Below, one piece after another: positions 19,507-30,090 of a DNA stretch of 64,000 bases. Location of the stretch: IMG/VR virus record IMGVR_UViG_3300031232_000001, one strand, 5' to 3'. The notes under the pieces are model-generated. The model saw nothing but the letters and a program-made list of their open reading frames with translations. It was not told the origin of the DNA and did no database searches. The position numbers were made by a program, and so were the translations under genes. Position 1 is the first letter of the stretch, and every line of letters starts with the position of its first letter. The DNA comes from an uncultured virus (IMG/VR IMGVR_UViG_3300031232_000001). Lineage: Duplodnaviria; Heunggongvirae; Uroviricota; Caudoviricetes.

Positions 19507-19914
19507 ATGAGTATACAGGATAATATAAATTCAATGATGACACAAACGGCCGTGTATTGGGGTCCTATGATTGATGACGGTTTTGGTGGACAGACTTTTG
19601 ATTCTGAATATCCAAAAGAAGTTAATTGTAGATGGCAACAAAGAAGTGATTTAGGTGGACGTGTAACTGATAAATTAGGAGCCCCTGTAAATTGTAATGC
19701 CGTCGTTTATGTTTCGGAGGATATGGCTGAGGAAAGTTGGTTGTTTTTTGGTACACTTGATGACATATACAATTTAATGGACAGTGATCAGGATATATTA
19801 AATCCAAAAGCAATTGACGGAGCATTTCAAATAAAACGTTTTGATAAAAGTCCTTCAATGCGTTCCAATGATAATAGTTGGATTAGAAAAGTTTATTTAG
19901 GTTTTAAAGGATAA
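19507..19914 (+). CDS. Head closure / head-tail joining protein
   Basis: QTAVYW...DGFGG...CRW; position. Confidence 0.55.
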   Translation: MSIQDNINSMMTQTAVYWGPMIDDGFGGQTFDSEYPKEVNCRWQQRSDLGGRVTDKLGAPVNCNAVVYVSEDMAEESWLFFGTLDDIYNLMDSDQDILNPKAIDGAFQIKRFDKSPSMRSNDNSWIRKVYLGFKG

Positions 19915-19918
19915 AAGT

Positions 19919-20302
19919 ATGGCTATAGGCTCATCAATAAAAGGATTTGATAAGGTGTTAATTAACCTTAATAAAGAGATTAAAAACATTGAGGGACGAA
20001 CTATGCAAGGACTAATCGGGGCAGCGGCTTATATTCGTGCTGATATGGATCATATCACTCCTACTATCCCTGTTGATACTGGAAATTTAAGGGCTTCATG
20101 GTTTGTAACACCGTATCAAACCCCACGTGTAAAAGGTGTTATAATTGGTTTTAGTGCTAATTATGCAGTATTTGTCCATGAAATGTTAGGAGCTGTAAAT
20201 TGGAATAGAGAAGGTTCAGGTCCTAAATTTCTAGAGGCTGCAATTAAAAGAAATGCTGTTATTATTTTAGGAATTATACAAGCAACCGCAAAAATTAAAT
20301 AG
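19919..20302 (+). CDS. HK97 gp10-like neck protein
   Basis: PVDTGNLRAS...YAVFVHE...KFLE.A. Confidence 0.75.
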   Translation: MAIGSSIKGFDKVLINLNKEIKNIEGRTMQGLIGAAAYIRADMDHITPTIPVDTGNLRASWFVTPYQTPRVKGVIIGFSANYAVFVHEMLGAVNWNREGSGPKFLEAAIKRNAVIILGIIQATAKIK

Positions 20303-20303
20303 T

Positions 20304-20696
20304 ATGAATGCTTCAAGTGTAGACGTAAAGGATATTTTAATTGCAGATTCAACGTTAGGTTTGGTATTTGCAACCAGTTTATTTGTTGGGAAAGAACCAT
20401 CTAAACCAGATAATTGTGTAACTATATTTGATACACCTGGGTTTCCCCCGCTATTAGGTTTGGAAACTAACGGATATGAATATCCATCCGTACAAATACG
20501 GGTAAGAAATACAACATATCTGAATGGATGGAATTTAGTTGAAAAAATAAAGGCATCATTACACGGCCGGGCACAGCAATGGTGGAATGGTACTTTATAT
20601 TCTGTTATCTATTGCGCTAGCGGACCTGCGTTCTTAGATTGGGACGATAATGGAAACGCTAGGTTTATTATTAATTTTAATTTACAAAGGAGGTAA
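20304..20696 (+). CDS. Tail terminator-like protein
   Basis: IFDTPG...PSVQIRVR...D.NGNARFIINF; immediately upstream of the tail tube gene. Confidence 0.65.
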   Translation: MNASSVDVKDILIADSTLGLVFATSLFVGKEPSKPDNCVTIFDTPGFPPLLGLETNGYEYPSVQIRVRNTTYLNGWNLVEKIKASLHGRAQQWWNGTLYSVIYCASGPAFLDWDDNGNARFIINFNLQRR

Positions 20697-20700
20697 AAGT

Positions 20701-21126
20701 ATGTCACAGGCAATTAATGGCGTTGGTACTATATTTCAGAGATGGAATGGATCCGCTTGGGTTCATATTGCTGAAATTAAATCCATCGACGGTCCCAGCA
20801 AGACGAGGGACACAATTGAAACCACCAATCTTGATACAACAGGTGGTTATAAAACATTTATTGCAAGTTTCAGGGATGCGGGTACAGTACAGTTAAGCAT
20901 GAATTTTACCCGTGCCACGTACGAATTAATGGATGATGATTTTGCAAGTGAAACACTGAAAAATTATGAAATCATACTTCCAGATTCCGAGGTAACTTCA
21001 ATTGAGTTTGAAGGATTGGTCACTGAATTAGGTTTAAGTATCACTACAGGAGATGTAGTTTCTGCACCTGTTACAATTAAGGTCAGTGGGGCTCCTGTTA
21101 TGAATAGTGGTTCAGGATCAAATTAA
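20701..21126 (+). CDS. Major tail tube protein
   Basis: IDGPSKTRDTIETTNLD...FRDAG.V...FEGLVT; strong RBS AAAGGAGGT before the ATG at 20701. Confidence 0.8.
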   Translation: MSQAINGVGTIFQRWNGSAWVHIAEIKSIDGPSKTRDTIETTNLDTTGGYKTFIASFRDAGTVQLSMNFTRATYELMDDDFASETLKNYEIILPDSEVTSIEFEGLVTELGLSITTGDVVSAPVTIKVSGAPVMNSGSGSN

Positions 21127-21188
21127 TTTATTAAAAATTCTAATCAGGAATTTTATTTTTATTATTTACAATTAAAAAAATCTTAATC

Positions 21189-21632
21189 ATGGGACTATTA
21201 AACAGAAAAAAATTATTAGAAAAACAAAAGTTAGATATTGTTAAAGTTGATCTTGGCACGGACGAAGGTGAAGAAATTTATGTTTATGTAAAGCAAATGA
21301 CCGGCCGGGAACGGGATACATTTGAACGGACCCTCACTAAAGAAAAAAGAGACTCGAAAGGCAAAATAAAGGACTATGAACAGGCACTGGAGGATTTCAG
21401 GGCTAAATTAGCTGTTTCCACTGTTTGTGATGAAGAAGGAAACCTAATACTACGTCCACAGGATTACCCAGAATTAAGCCAAAATATGTCTGCCGCCCGT
21501 CTCGAAATAATTATAAATAAAGCTCAGGAATTAAATAAAATTTCAGAGGAGGATAAGGATGCACTCACAAAAAACTCCGAAGCAGACCTGGACGCCAATT
21601 CCAATTCAGGCTCTGCCGAGAACTTGGAATAA
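21189..21632 (+). CDS. Tail assembly chaperone (G)
   Basis: Between tube and tape measure genes; contains slippery site A AAA AAC. Confidence 0.8.
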   Translation: MGLLNRKKLLEKQKLDIVKVDLGTDEGEEIYVYVKQMTGRERDTFERTLTKEKRDSKGKIKDYEQALEDFRAKLAVSTVCDEEGNLILRPQDYPELSQNMSAARLEIIINKAQELNKISEEDKDALTKNSEADLDANSNSGSAENLE

Positions 21633-21934
21633 GCCATCCTGATCATTTGCTGGATCAATTGACCTCGGCACAATTAAGTGAATGGGAGGCATACGATAGA
21701 ATAGACCCCGTAGGCACATGGCGCGGGGATTTTCAAACGGCTCAAATTTTAACACTGCTTACAAACATGTATAACGCATTACATACGAAGGAAACTAAAA
21801 AGGTAGATGTAATGGAATTTATGCCAAATTGGACAGGAGAACGTGAGGAAGAAAAACAACAATCCCTTTCCGAGGCTATTATACAAGCATTTGGAGGTAT
21901 TGCAAGAAGACAAAAGAAAACTAAAAACCAGTAA
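21569..21934 (+). CDS. Tail assembly chaperone -1 frameshift extension (GT)
   Basis: The -1 frame is open from the slippery heptamer at 21569-21575: KLRSRPGRQFQFRLCRELGISHPDHLLDQLTSAQLSEWEAY... Confidence 0.75.
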   Translation, partial: KKLRSRPGRQFQFRLCRELGISHPDHLLDQLTSAQLSEWEAYDRIDPVGTWRGDFQTAQILTLLTNMYNALHTKETKKVDVMEFMPNWTGEREEEKQQSLSEAIIQAFGGIARRQKKTKNQ

Positions 21935-21936
21935 CG

Positions 21937-24867
21937 ATGAATATAGGAGATTTAACGGCTAGTTTGGGATGTGATGTAAGTGGACTTTCGGCGGCTACCT
22001 CAGCAATGAAAAACTTTGAACGATCTTCCCAACGTTCCATGCAAACGGTGCAGGAAAGTTTAAATAATGCCGGCACTAAAATGCAGTCATTCGGACAAAG
22101 TGCATCAATGTATCTAACCGCTCCTATTGTTCTGGCTGGTGCAGCCGTAATGGCAGCGGCAGGAAAATTTGAAATAGCCATGCAACATATTGTAGGTTTG
22201 GTGGGGGTTTCTCAGGCTCAGGTGAATAAATGGTCACAGGAAATTTTATCATTATCCGGAAAGATTGGGAGACCTCCAACTGAACTTGCCGAGGCTTTAT
22301 ATTTTGTAACATCATCAGGGATACAAGGTGCGGCGGCTTTAGATGTGGTCACACAATCGGCAAAAGGAGCCTCAGCGGGGTTAGGAGAAACTATGCAAAT
22401 AGCGGATTTAGTTACTTCGGCTATGAATGCCTATAGAAATTCAGGATTAACGGCGGCAACGGCTTTAGATGTTCTCACGGCAGCAGTTAGAGAAGGTAAA
22501 GGTGAAGCTTCACAATATGCCTCACAGATGGGTGAAGTTATTCCAGTAGCTGCAAAAATGGGGGTAAGTTTCGATCAAGTAGCGGCGGCTATGTCCGCAA
22601 TGACTTTAACGGGAACGAACGTTTCGGAATCGGCTACGTACATGCGGCAAATTTTAATGTCTCTATTGGATCCGACAAAACAATCCGCGGAGGCTTTAGT
22701 GTATATGGGCACTTCGGCTGGTGAATTACGTAAGATGATAAGAGAACAAGGTCTATTGGCAGCACTCACAAAATTAAATGATTTAACTAACAGATATGGT
22801 GAGGATGCAATGGCTAAAGTATTTCCAAATGTCCGTGCATTAACAGGCGTTTTATCATTGATGGGGGACAGACTGGAAGAAAATCGAGGAATATTTGACC
22901 GTGTAAATAAATCATCAGGTGATATGAATAAGGCTTTTCAAAGTGTGACGGAAACAATAGATTTTAAATATAATCAAGCCACCGCGAAAATGAAAGCTTC
23001 GTTTATTCAAATTGGAATGTCTTTGAAAACTACCGTTATTCCATTGATAGAAGGCTTAGGGGATGCCATACAGAGCCTTGCATTATGGTATACTAACTTA
23101 TCTGCTTCCACACGTCAAATAATAACATACACGGCAGGATTTCTAGCCGTTTTAGGACCCGTATCACTTGCAATAGGTGTAACAATGAAAATGATGAGTG
23201 GGTTGATCGGGGCAGCAAGCGGAGTTTTAACGATCTTCAAAGGACTTAGTGCAATCATCGCCGCTAACCCTTATCTTCTTATAGCGGCTGGTATTATAGC
23301 CGCTACCGTTGCCTTAGTAAACTACAATAGTAAATCGGATGAGTTTAAAAAAATACAAACGGAAGTTAATGCACAATTAGGTGATGAACTTTTTAAACTG
23401 AATGATGTTTTTGAACGTCTGAAACAAACAAACGTAGGTACTTCGGAACGTTCGGAATTAATAAAAATAATTAATACAAGATATGGAGAGTATTTAAGCA
23501 ATTTACTCACTGAAAAATCTACATTGCTGGAAATAGAACAGGCACAAAGGCAGGCTACAAATGCCCTCGTAGCCAGTATTAGTCTGAAAACTTACAGAGC
23601 AAAACTGGAGCAGGAAATGACAAGTATTTCCAAATCCTTTGAAAGCACGTTCAAAGATTTTACACAAGGATTTAGTACTACTTTCGGTGGTGATAGGATC
23701 GGGGAATTTATTACAGGCATTTTTCAAGGTGCAGATGAGGCAATAAAGAATGGAAATCCCCTGCAAGTATCACAGGAGTTATATGATAAATTTGTTGAAA
23801 AAATGTCCAAATCTACCGGGTATTTAAAATATTCGATCGAGGATTTTAGGGCAGCATTCACGGACTTTGTGAAAGTAAAAGGAGAAAAGAATGAGGTGGT
23901 AAGTCAAATTAATGCTATGATTAATGCATATGAAAAACTTACTTCAACGAAAAAACAAGAAGAAACAACAGGAGCAAAAGCAGGAGGAGGAAAGGATACT
24001 GTATTTGGTGAAAAAATAAAATATTCTAAATTAGTGCTGGAACAATACAAGGCACATTTGGATAAAATGAATGAAGACCTAAAACAGAATAGCCCTATTG
24101 AAACATTGCAGGCACAGGTAGACGGTTTGAATTATAAAAAACTTTTGATGTATTCCAGTGATGTAGGAACACCGCTTCAAAAATTGCAAACACAGTTGGC
24201 AGACGTAGCCTTAAAAAATGCTACGTTCGGGGATTCACTTGACCCATTAGGTATAAAAATGCAAACCTTCGGTGATCAAATCAGCTTTGTAAAAAGTCAA
24301 ATGGAATTGCTTTGGTCTAGTGGATATCGTCCCGGAACCCCGCTAATGGATATGTACATTAAGAAATTAGGAGAACTTACGGAAGCACAAAGGAAAGCTA
24401 ATCTGACGGCTAAAATAGGAGCGGAAGTGCAAAGTCTTTATGATGCATCGATAGATGGAAGTATTAAAACGGTTGGTGATTTTGCCAATGCATTACGTCA
24501 CGCAATTATTAAAATTATTGCGATGTACGTGGCAGAGGCAATTGCGGTACAGGTTGCTAATGCAATGAAATCGGCTAAAAATCCATGGCTTGGTCTTATT
24601 CTTGGTGCGGCTGCAGGGGCAGCAACTTCGGCACTGTTTGAATCCATCATACCTAAGTTTGCAAATGGAGGGACTGTACCAAATGGGTATCCTAATGATT
24701 CCTACCCCGCTTTATTGTCATCTGGTGAAAAAGTTATACCGCCAAATAAACTTGGTGAATTAGATACAAATAAAAATGCAATGCAAGGTGAGGTTGTATT
24801 TAGAATATCAGGGAATGAATTAATTGGAGTATTAGAAAAACAAACAAGGAAAAATAAAGTAATGTAA
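21937..24867 (+). CDS. Tape measure protein
   Basis: 976 aa, Ala/Gly-rich helical TP901-type core; C-terminal FANGGTV...PALLSSGEKVIP. Confidence 0.9.
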   Translation: MNIGDLTASLGCDVSGLSAATSAMKNFERSSQRSMQTVQESLNNAGTKMQSFGQSASMYLTAPIVLAGAAVMAAAGKFEIAMQHIVGLVGVSQAQVNKWSQEILSLSGKIGRPPTELAEALYFVTSSGIQGAAALDVVTQSAKGASAGLGETMQIADLVTSAMNAYRNSGLTAATALDVLTAAVREGKGEASQYASQMGEVIPVAAKMGVSFDQVAAAMSAMTLTGTNVSESATYMRQILMSLLDPTKQSAEALVYMGTSAGELRKMIREQGLLAALTKLNDLTNRYGEDAMAKVFPNVRALTGVLSLMGDRLEENRGIFDRVNKSSGDMNKAFQSVTETIDFKYNQATAKMKASFIQIGMSLKTTVIPLIEGLGDAIQSLALWYTNLSASTRQIITYTAGFLAVLGPVSLAIGVTMKMMSGLIGAASGVLTIFKGLSAIIAANPYLLIAAGIIAATVALVNYNSKSDEFKKIQTEVNAQLGDELFKLNDVFERLKQTNVGTSERSELIKIINTRYGEYLSNLLTEKSTLLEIEQAQRQATNALVASISLKTYRAKLEQEMTSISKSFESTFKDFTQGFSTTFGGDRIGEFITGIFQGADEAIKNGNPLQVSQELYDKFVEKMSKSTGYLKYSIEDFRAAFTDFVKVKGEKNEVVSQINAMINAYEKLTSTKKQEETTGAKAGGGKDTVFGEKIKYSKLVLEQYKAHLDKMNEDLKQNSPIETLQAQVDGLNYKKLLMYSSDVGTPLQKLQTQLADVALKNATFGDSLDPLGIKMQTFGDQISFVKSQMELLWSSGYRPGTPLMDMYIKKLGELTEAQRKANLTAKIGAEVQSLYDASIDGSIKTVGDFANALRHAIIKIIAMYVAEAIAVQVANAMKSAKNPWLGLILGAAAGAATSALFESIIPKFANGGTVPNGYPNDSYPALLSSGEKVIPPNKLGELDTNKNAMQGEVVFRISGNELIGVLEKQTRKNKVM

Positions 24868-24888
24868 TTTTAATAATCTTGAAAAATT

Positions 24889-27792
24889 ATGAGTTTTCCA
24901 ACACATAGAGTTAAATATCGGGGATATGTAGGTAATACAACAATTGGTATGTGTACGGTTGACATACTTAAAAAAGATTATGTAGGCAGTATTAGTTCCT
25001 TAACTATTGCAGGAAGTGGGGTTGCTTTAATTGTTGATTCCTCAAAATATTTTGAGCCTATTAAAAGTACATCGGTAGATATAAATATCATCAATGATAA
25101 GGAGGATTTTTATGAATTTGATGATTTATTTTCCATAGGTGATCTTGAATTTATGGTTAGAATATATACGGAACATATTATATTATTTTCTGGTTATATT
25201 CCCTGCATAACGATTGAACAATCATGGTTGCAAAAAGGTATAATTAATCTTAGTGCTACCGTAAATTTAAATCGGCTGGATGAATACAAACCTTCTATTT
25301 TTGTAACAAAAGGAATGTATACATTGATGGAAATTATTCAGGATTGTTTGAGTTTTACCAGTCTTGACCTTCCTATTTATGTTAATTGCACACTGAGGGA
25401 GACCACAAAAACAGCAGGCACAAATACTTGTTTTGATCAAACGTGGGCGGATTGTGATTTGTTTTATAAAAATAATATTGAATTAGATGATTGTTTAACA
25501 ATACTTAATAAAATACTTACAGCATTTACATGCATGATTTATTATTATAATGATGCATGGTATATTGAGAGGGGTAAAGATTTGGGAACGGATACAAAAT
25601 ATTATATTCGATATGAATCCTCTAGTTCCACAGCCTCTACCGTGTCGGATACAAACACACACATAGCAATGGGTTCAAGTTTTCTTCCAATTAAAATATC
25701 TCAAAGAATTGGGTACAATCCAGGGTTGAAACGTATTGAGGTTACATTAAATGAAAAGTCCTTATTTAATCTTACTAATTACTATTGGGAAGGGATTGAA
25801 ACAGGCGAAAGCGTTAATTATATGGAGTATACTTCTCCTGATTTGAAGGCATGGGAAATTAATTCAGATTTAACATACACCATATTAAATAATTTTGCAT
25901 GGAACAGAAAACAAAATAATTTAAATGTTATTAATAAGGCTATTTCAACAAGCAATCCTCTTTTGATTACAGGAGAGACCCCCGTAGGCGGTATTGAGGT
26001 AATTGATCCTAGTTTCCCAGGTCGCACACTTGCACAAAAATATCAGGCATTACGCAATTCTGCGGAAGGTGTGCAGACAAAAATAAAGGTAAGTTATAAT
26101 AGTACCAATAAATGCAAACTGACAATATCCTTAAAATTTGTTTTACCTCAATCTCTTTTAGATTATGTTACGGATCCCACATTCTTTTTTAGTCCGCAAT
26201 TTTATCCTCATCATAGATTTTTTGTACGTTTTTACTTATACTGGAAAGATCCAAATGATGTAGACCCAGATAATCGTTGGTGGATAAAATATAATTCCAC
26301 AACTGATAAATACCAAATAGTAAACCGGGTAGATATGATTGCATCCGCATTGACTCCTTCAATTGTTATTGATCCAGTAATTATAAAAAGCCTAGGAATC
26401 TCAATGGCTCAATTCACAAATGAAAAAGCTTTTTATAATGAATTTTCGATGGATGTGGAATTAGATGACACCATTAAAGAAGTAACGGGAGATAATCCAG
26501 TATTTATTTTAGGTTTATGTCAATTAGGTTTCCATAGTTCTATTTGGACAGGCAGTGAAGATGAAACCAATTGCAATTTTTATATAAAAGATAATATTTA
26601 TGGAGACTTTGCTGTTACCGTAGATAATGAATCTGACAATAATTTAATAACTGCGGAAATTAATAATAATTTTGTCAACATTGAACAGGACACATTGGAC
26701 TTATATGACTCAATAAATTATAATATACTAAATGGTTTACTAATTGATGGTGAAGGAAATCATTCCACACTTTGGTACGACTTGTATAGTTCATTTGATA
26801 AATCATTGGTTAAACATTTTATTGAAGATCGGTTTCAACTGTTTAATAAAGTTAGAAGGACAATTAGCGGGGATTTTCGAACCTTAGGAATTTTAAATGA
26901 TACAGTATATTCCCGCACCGAAGTTTTTGAACCCCTACATCTTCCAAATCATGATTGGCAAGATATTACAGGTACTTTAAACGGAAATATTTATGCTATA
27001 GGCGGAAGTGACATATATAGGCAAACAGGAGGATTAGGTGATTTTATTGCACTTGCAGGAGCAGGAACACATACTTGGATAAATATAACTTCGGATGGAA
27101 ATGATGTATATGTGACTGAATTTTTCGGGGACATATATAAACAAACCGCAGGTGCTGGTAATTTTATTGCGTTAGGACAAGCAACACGAGCTTGGTGGGG
27201 AATTGCTGCAAAAGCAGGAACAGTTTATGCTACAGTAACAGGCGGAGATATTTATAAAAGCACAGGAGGCGGATCATTTACTGCATTAGGACAGGCAAGT
27301 TTAACATGGCATGGTATAGCTATTCATCCAAGCGGGGATGTATATGCGGTAGTCAGTAACGGGGACATATATAAACAAACCGCGGGGGCTGGTGATTTTA
27401 TTGCATTAGGATTAACTAATCGGGTATATAAAGATATTGTTATAGATGCATATGGTAATATTTTTGTAAGTGCGGATTTAGATGATATATACGTACAATG
27501 GGCAGGAACTACAACATTTGTAGGTTTAGGATTAGCTGCAAGGCATTGGTTGGGTTTGGGAGTCGATCACAATAATAATATTTATTTGGCTGTTTCCACA
27601 GCCTCAGACATCCTTAAACGCACGTGCGTTATATTAAGTATATATCAACATTTAAAACCATTTACAATGATAGATACCACGGTCGTCAGCAATAAAACAT
27701 TTTATGTTAATGGGTATCAGTACAACATTGAGGAAAATACATACGAAAATATGAGTTTATTGGAGTATGTCAGTGATGACGGAATAAGCTAA
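24889..27792 (+). CDS. Large tail/baseplate protein with inserted beta-propeller-like repeats
   Basis: Follows the tape measure gene; ~39-aa GDIYKQT...F.ALG...W repeats near the C-terminus. Confidence 0.6.
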   Translation: MSFPTHRVKYRGYVGNTTIGMCTVDILKKDYVGSISSLTIAGSGVALIVDSSKYFEPIKSTSVDINIINDKEDFYEFDDLFSIGDLEFMVRIYTEHIILFSGYIPCITIEQSWLQKGIINLSATVNLNRLDEYKPSIFVTKGMYTLMEIIQDCLSFTSLDLPIYVNCTLRETTKTAGTNTCFDQTWADCDLFYKNNIELDDCLTILNKILTAFTCMIYYYNDAWYIERGKDLGTDTKYYIRYESSSSTASTVSDTNTHIAMGSSFLPIKISQRIGYNPGLKRIEVTLNEKSLFNLTNYYWEGIETGESVNYMEYTSPDLKAWEINSDLTYTILNNFAWNRKQNNLNVINKAISTSNPLLITGETPVGGIEVIDPSFPGRTLAQKYQALRNSAEGVQTKIKVSYNSTNKCKLTISLKFVLPQSLLDYVTDPTFFFSPQFYPHHRFFVRFYLYWKDPNDVDPDNRWWIKYNSTTDKYQIVNRVDMIASALTPSIVIDPVIIKSLGISMAQFTNEKAFYNEFSMDVELDDTIKEVTGDNPVFILGLCQLGFHSSIWTGSEDETNCNFYIKDNIYGDFAVTVDNESDNNLITAEINNNFVNIEQDTLDLYDSINYNILNGLLIDGEGNHSTLWYDLYSSFDKSLVKHFIEDRFQLFNKVRRTISGDFRTLGILNDTVYSRTEVFEPLHLPNHDWQDITGTLNGNIYAIGGSDIYRQTGGLGDFIALAGAGTHTWINITSDGNDVYVTEFFGDIYKQTAGAGNFIALGQATRAWWGIAAKAGTVYATVTGGDIYKSTGGGSFTALGQASLTWHGIAIHPSGDVYAVVSNGDIYKQTAGAGDFIALGLTNRVYKDIVIDAYGNIFVSADLDDIYVQWAGTTTFVGLGLAARHWLGLGVDHNNNIYLAVSTASDILKRTCVILSIYQHLKPFTMIDTTVVSNKTFYVNGYQYNIEENTYENMSLLEYVSDDGIS

Positions 27793-27804
27793 ATTTAAAA
27801 TACT

Positions 27805-29736
27805 ATGGCAGGAGAAATTACATACGGTCAATACAGAATAGAAAGTTTAAAGGATCAATCGTACAGGCAAATGTACGCAAGTGGTTCCAATAGTTCAGGT
27901 AGTAGTACGGGAGTGAATGATGCCAGTAATTTTGTAAGGTATAACGCGGATGAAGCCTTAGAAACACAAACGGTTTACAGGGATTTATATCTTGCGGGGA
28001 CTACACCGGTATTGAAAGTAACAGGCGGGGAAATTCGTATGGATGATACCTACATGCAATGGAACGTAAACGGTGTAGGCTCTATTGTGATGGCTCAATG
28101 GGAGGATTATTTTTTAGATATTACGAATTGGGCAACAGATACAACATTACGGGAAAGCACCGTATTGAGAGTTAGTGGACAACATTTAAATGGAATGGAG
28201 GCTACAGTTGCCTTAGTTGTTAATAACGACGGATTGGAATTTGTAGATATTACAAATAATAATTTTTCTGATGATAAATTTTATCGCTGGAGAATGCAAT
28301 ATGGAACATCAACAGGTCATGCCAAATCTTGGATAATTGATTATAAAAATTATACCTCTAATGTAGTAACGGAGGCAATGCGGATTGATGGAGAAAACGG
28401 AACAGCTGGAAGTTACGGAATGGGTAATGTTCGTTTCGCTCATGATATTGGTAACCTTGGAACGTTTGTTTCAGGATTTGCGGGGAGTGGATGGAGAATG
28501 GACACCGCAACGGAAACATTAACGGTTGATAATTTAGTGGTAAGAAAGGGAATGTCCGTATATGAATTAACAATTAATCAAATCCGTTGTACTAATGGAA
28601 GCCTGTGGGTATCGGATGCTGCAAAAATTGACTGGATAGATGATTCCTATGCAGGAACAAATGGAATGTATTACCCTTGTCATATTGATACGGATGACGG
28701 AAATATAATTCAACCTTTTGCTGTAGGGGATATTGTACGTTGTCAAAAATGGACAGGCCGTGGTATAAAGTATTATTCAGGACAAGTTATGTCTATAGGA
28801 AGTGGAGGGGATTGGTTTACAATATGGCTTTTGGATGAAAACAATACAGGATTACCAGAAGCAGGGGATGACCTTATACGTATTGGTAATACCACTGATA
28901 CCTCCCGTCAAGGAGCTTTATATTTAACTTCACATGATGCCGATTCCCCGTATATGGATATAATAGATGGGGTGACAGATGAAAGTTTTTTAGGTCATAC
29001 GAAAGTAAGATTAGGAAAATTAACAGGCATTACTGATACCTCATTTGGAGCATTATCAGGATATGGACTTTATGCCACTAATGCTTATTTGACTGGTAGT
29101 ATATTTACACCATATGCTGGAATAACAAGTACAGGTACTGATTCAACGGATGTAAGAATATATGCAGGAAATAATTATACAAATAGAGGTACTGCTCCCT
29201 TTCGTGTAACTCAAGCTGGTAACGGATTTTTAGGGGGGTTCACTTTAGACGTTAGTGAAGGATTATATTCAGGAACAGGAGCAACCCGAGTTCAAATGAA
29301 AGCAGGGGTTGGAATATGGTGTGGGGCAACCGCTTTCGGTGATGCTACCTTCAGGGTTGCTGCGGATGGATCAGTAAATTTGTCTTCTGCTGTTAGTGGA
29401 AAACGCGTTAGTATAAGTGTTGTAAACAACAATATGATTTTATATTCAGCGGCAACTGGGGATTATATTAAATTAGATACTCAAATTGGAGCGTATGAAC
29501 AACCTGGAATTATTTTAACAAGTGCAGGCACTGATGGTTATTATAGCCAATTTACAACAAATGAAATGTATTTAGCAAACAATGATACGGATCATTTAAT
29601 TCAATTTTATGTCACCAACATCCCTACTACAAAAGCTTTTATGAAAGGTTTAGCCCATTTTACAGGTGGGAATGCTTATGTTAAAACCTTATGTGTAGAT
29701 ACTCAAACAGGTGAAATTTTTTATAATTTTTCATAA
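27805..29736 (+). CDS. Tail tip / fibre-like protein
   Basis: FVSGFAGSGWR...LTVDNLVVRKGMSVYEL.INQIR..NG and KVRLGKL.GI segments of the type seen in Bacteroidota phage tail proteins. Confidence 0.65.
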   Translation: MAGEITYGQYRIESLKDQSYRQMYASGSNSSGSSTGVNDASNFVRYNADEALETQTVYRDLYLAGTTPVLKVTGGEIRMDDTYMQWNVNGVGSIVMAQWEDYFLDITNWATDTTLRESTVLRVSGQHLNGMEATVALVVNNDGLEFVDITNNNFSDDKFYRWRMQYGTSTGHAKSWIIDYKNYTSNVVTEAMRIDGENGTAGSYGMGNVRFAHDIGNLGTFVSGFAGSGWRMDTATETLTVDNLVVRKGMSVYELTINQIRCTNGSLWVSDAAKIDWIDDSYAGTNGMYYPCHIDTDDGNIIQPFAVGDIVRCQKWTGRGIKYYSGQVMSIGSGGDWFTIWLLDENNTGLPEAGDDLIRIGNTTDTSRQGALYLTSHDADSPYMDIIDGVTDESFLGHTKVRLGKLTGITDTSFGALSGYGLYATNAYLTGSIFTPYAGITSTGTDSTDVRIYAGNNYTNRGTAPFRVTQAGNGFLGGFTLDVSEGLYSGTGATRVQMKAGVGIWCGATAFGDATFRVAADGSVNLSSAVSGKRVSISVVNNNMILYSAATGDYIKLDTQIGAYEQPGIILTSAGTDGYYSQFTTNEMYLANNDTDHLIQFYVTNIPTTKAFMKGLAHFTGGNAYVKTLCVDTQTGEIFYNFS

Positions 29737-29803
29737 TTTAAAAATATTTTTAAAAAAAGTTTAAAAACTTTATTATCTTTACTGAAATTTAAAAGTAGAA
29801 ATT

Positions 29804-30085
29804 ATGAAAAAAATTATTTTAATTATCGGATTAATAACTTTATTGTTTTCTTGTCAAAAAGAAAAAATAAGTATTGAAAACATAAACATATTTTCCAATG
29901 AATATGTTTATACTAAAGGAACGATCTATATTAAGGGGGTTTATGAAGGATATTACATAATAAACATCAACAATATTCCATTTAAAGTAGGTAATTTATA
30001 TTACGTTTCCAACAAAGCCTTGTTAATAAATGATACATTACATTGTATTTCTAATCAGGAACATATTTATATAACTAAAAATTAA
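29804..30085 (+). CDS. Small lipoprotein
   Basis: MKKIILIIGLITLLFSC lipobox followed by QKEK. Confidence 0.65.
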   Translation: MKKIILIIGLITLLFSCQKEKISIENINIFSNEYVYTKGTIYIKGVYEGYYIININNIPFKVGNLYYVSNKALLINDTLHCISNQEHIYITKN

Positions 30086-30090
30086 TCAAA

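Noticed and set aside
24889..29736. Diversity-generating retroelement target in the tail genes
   Set aside because: No reverse transcriptase and no adenine-variant TR/VR pair seen in the window.
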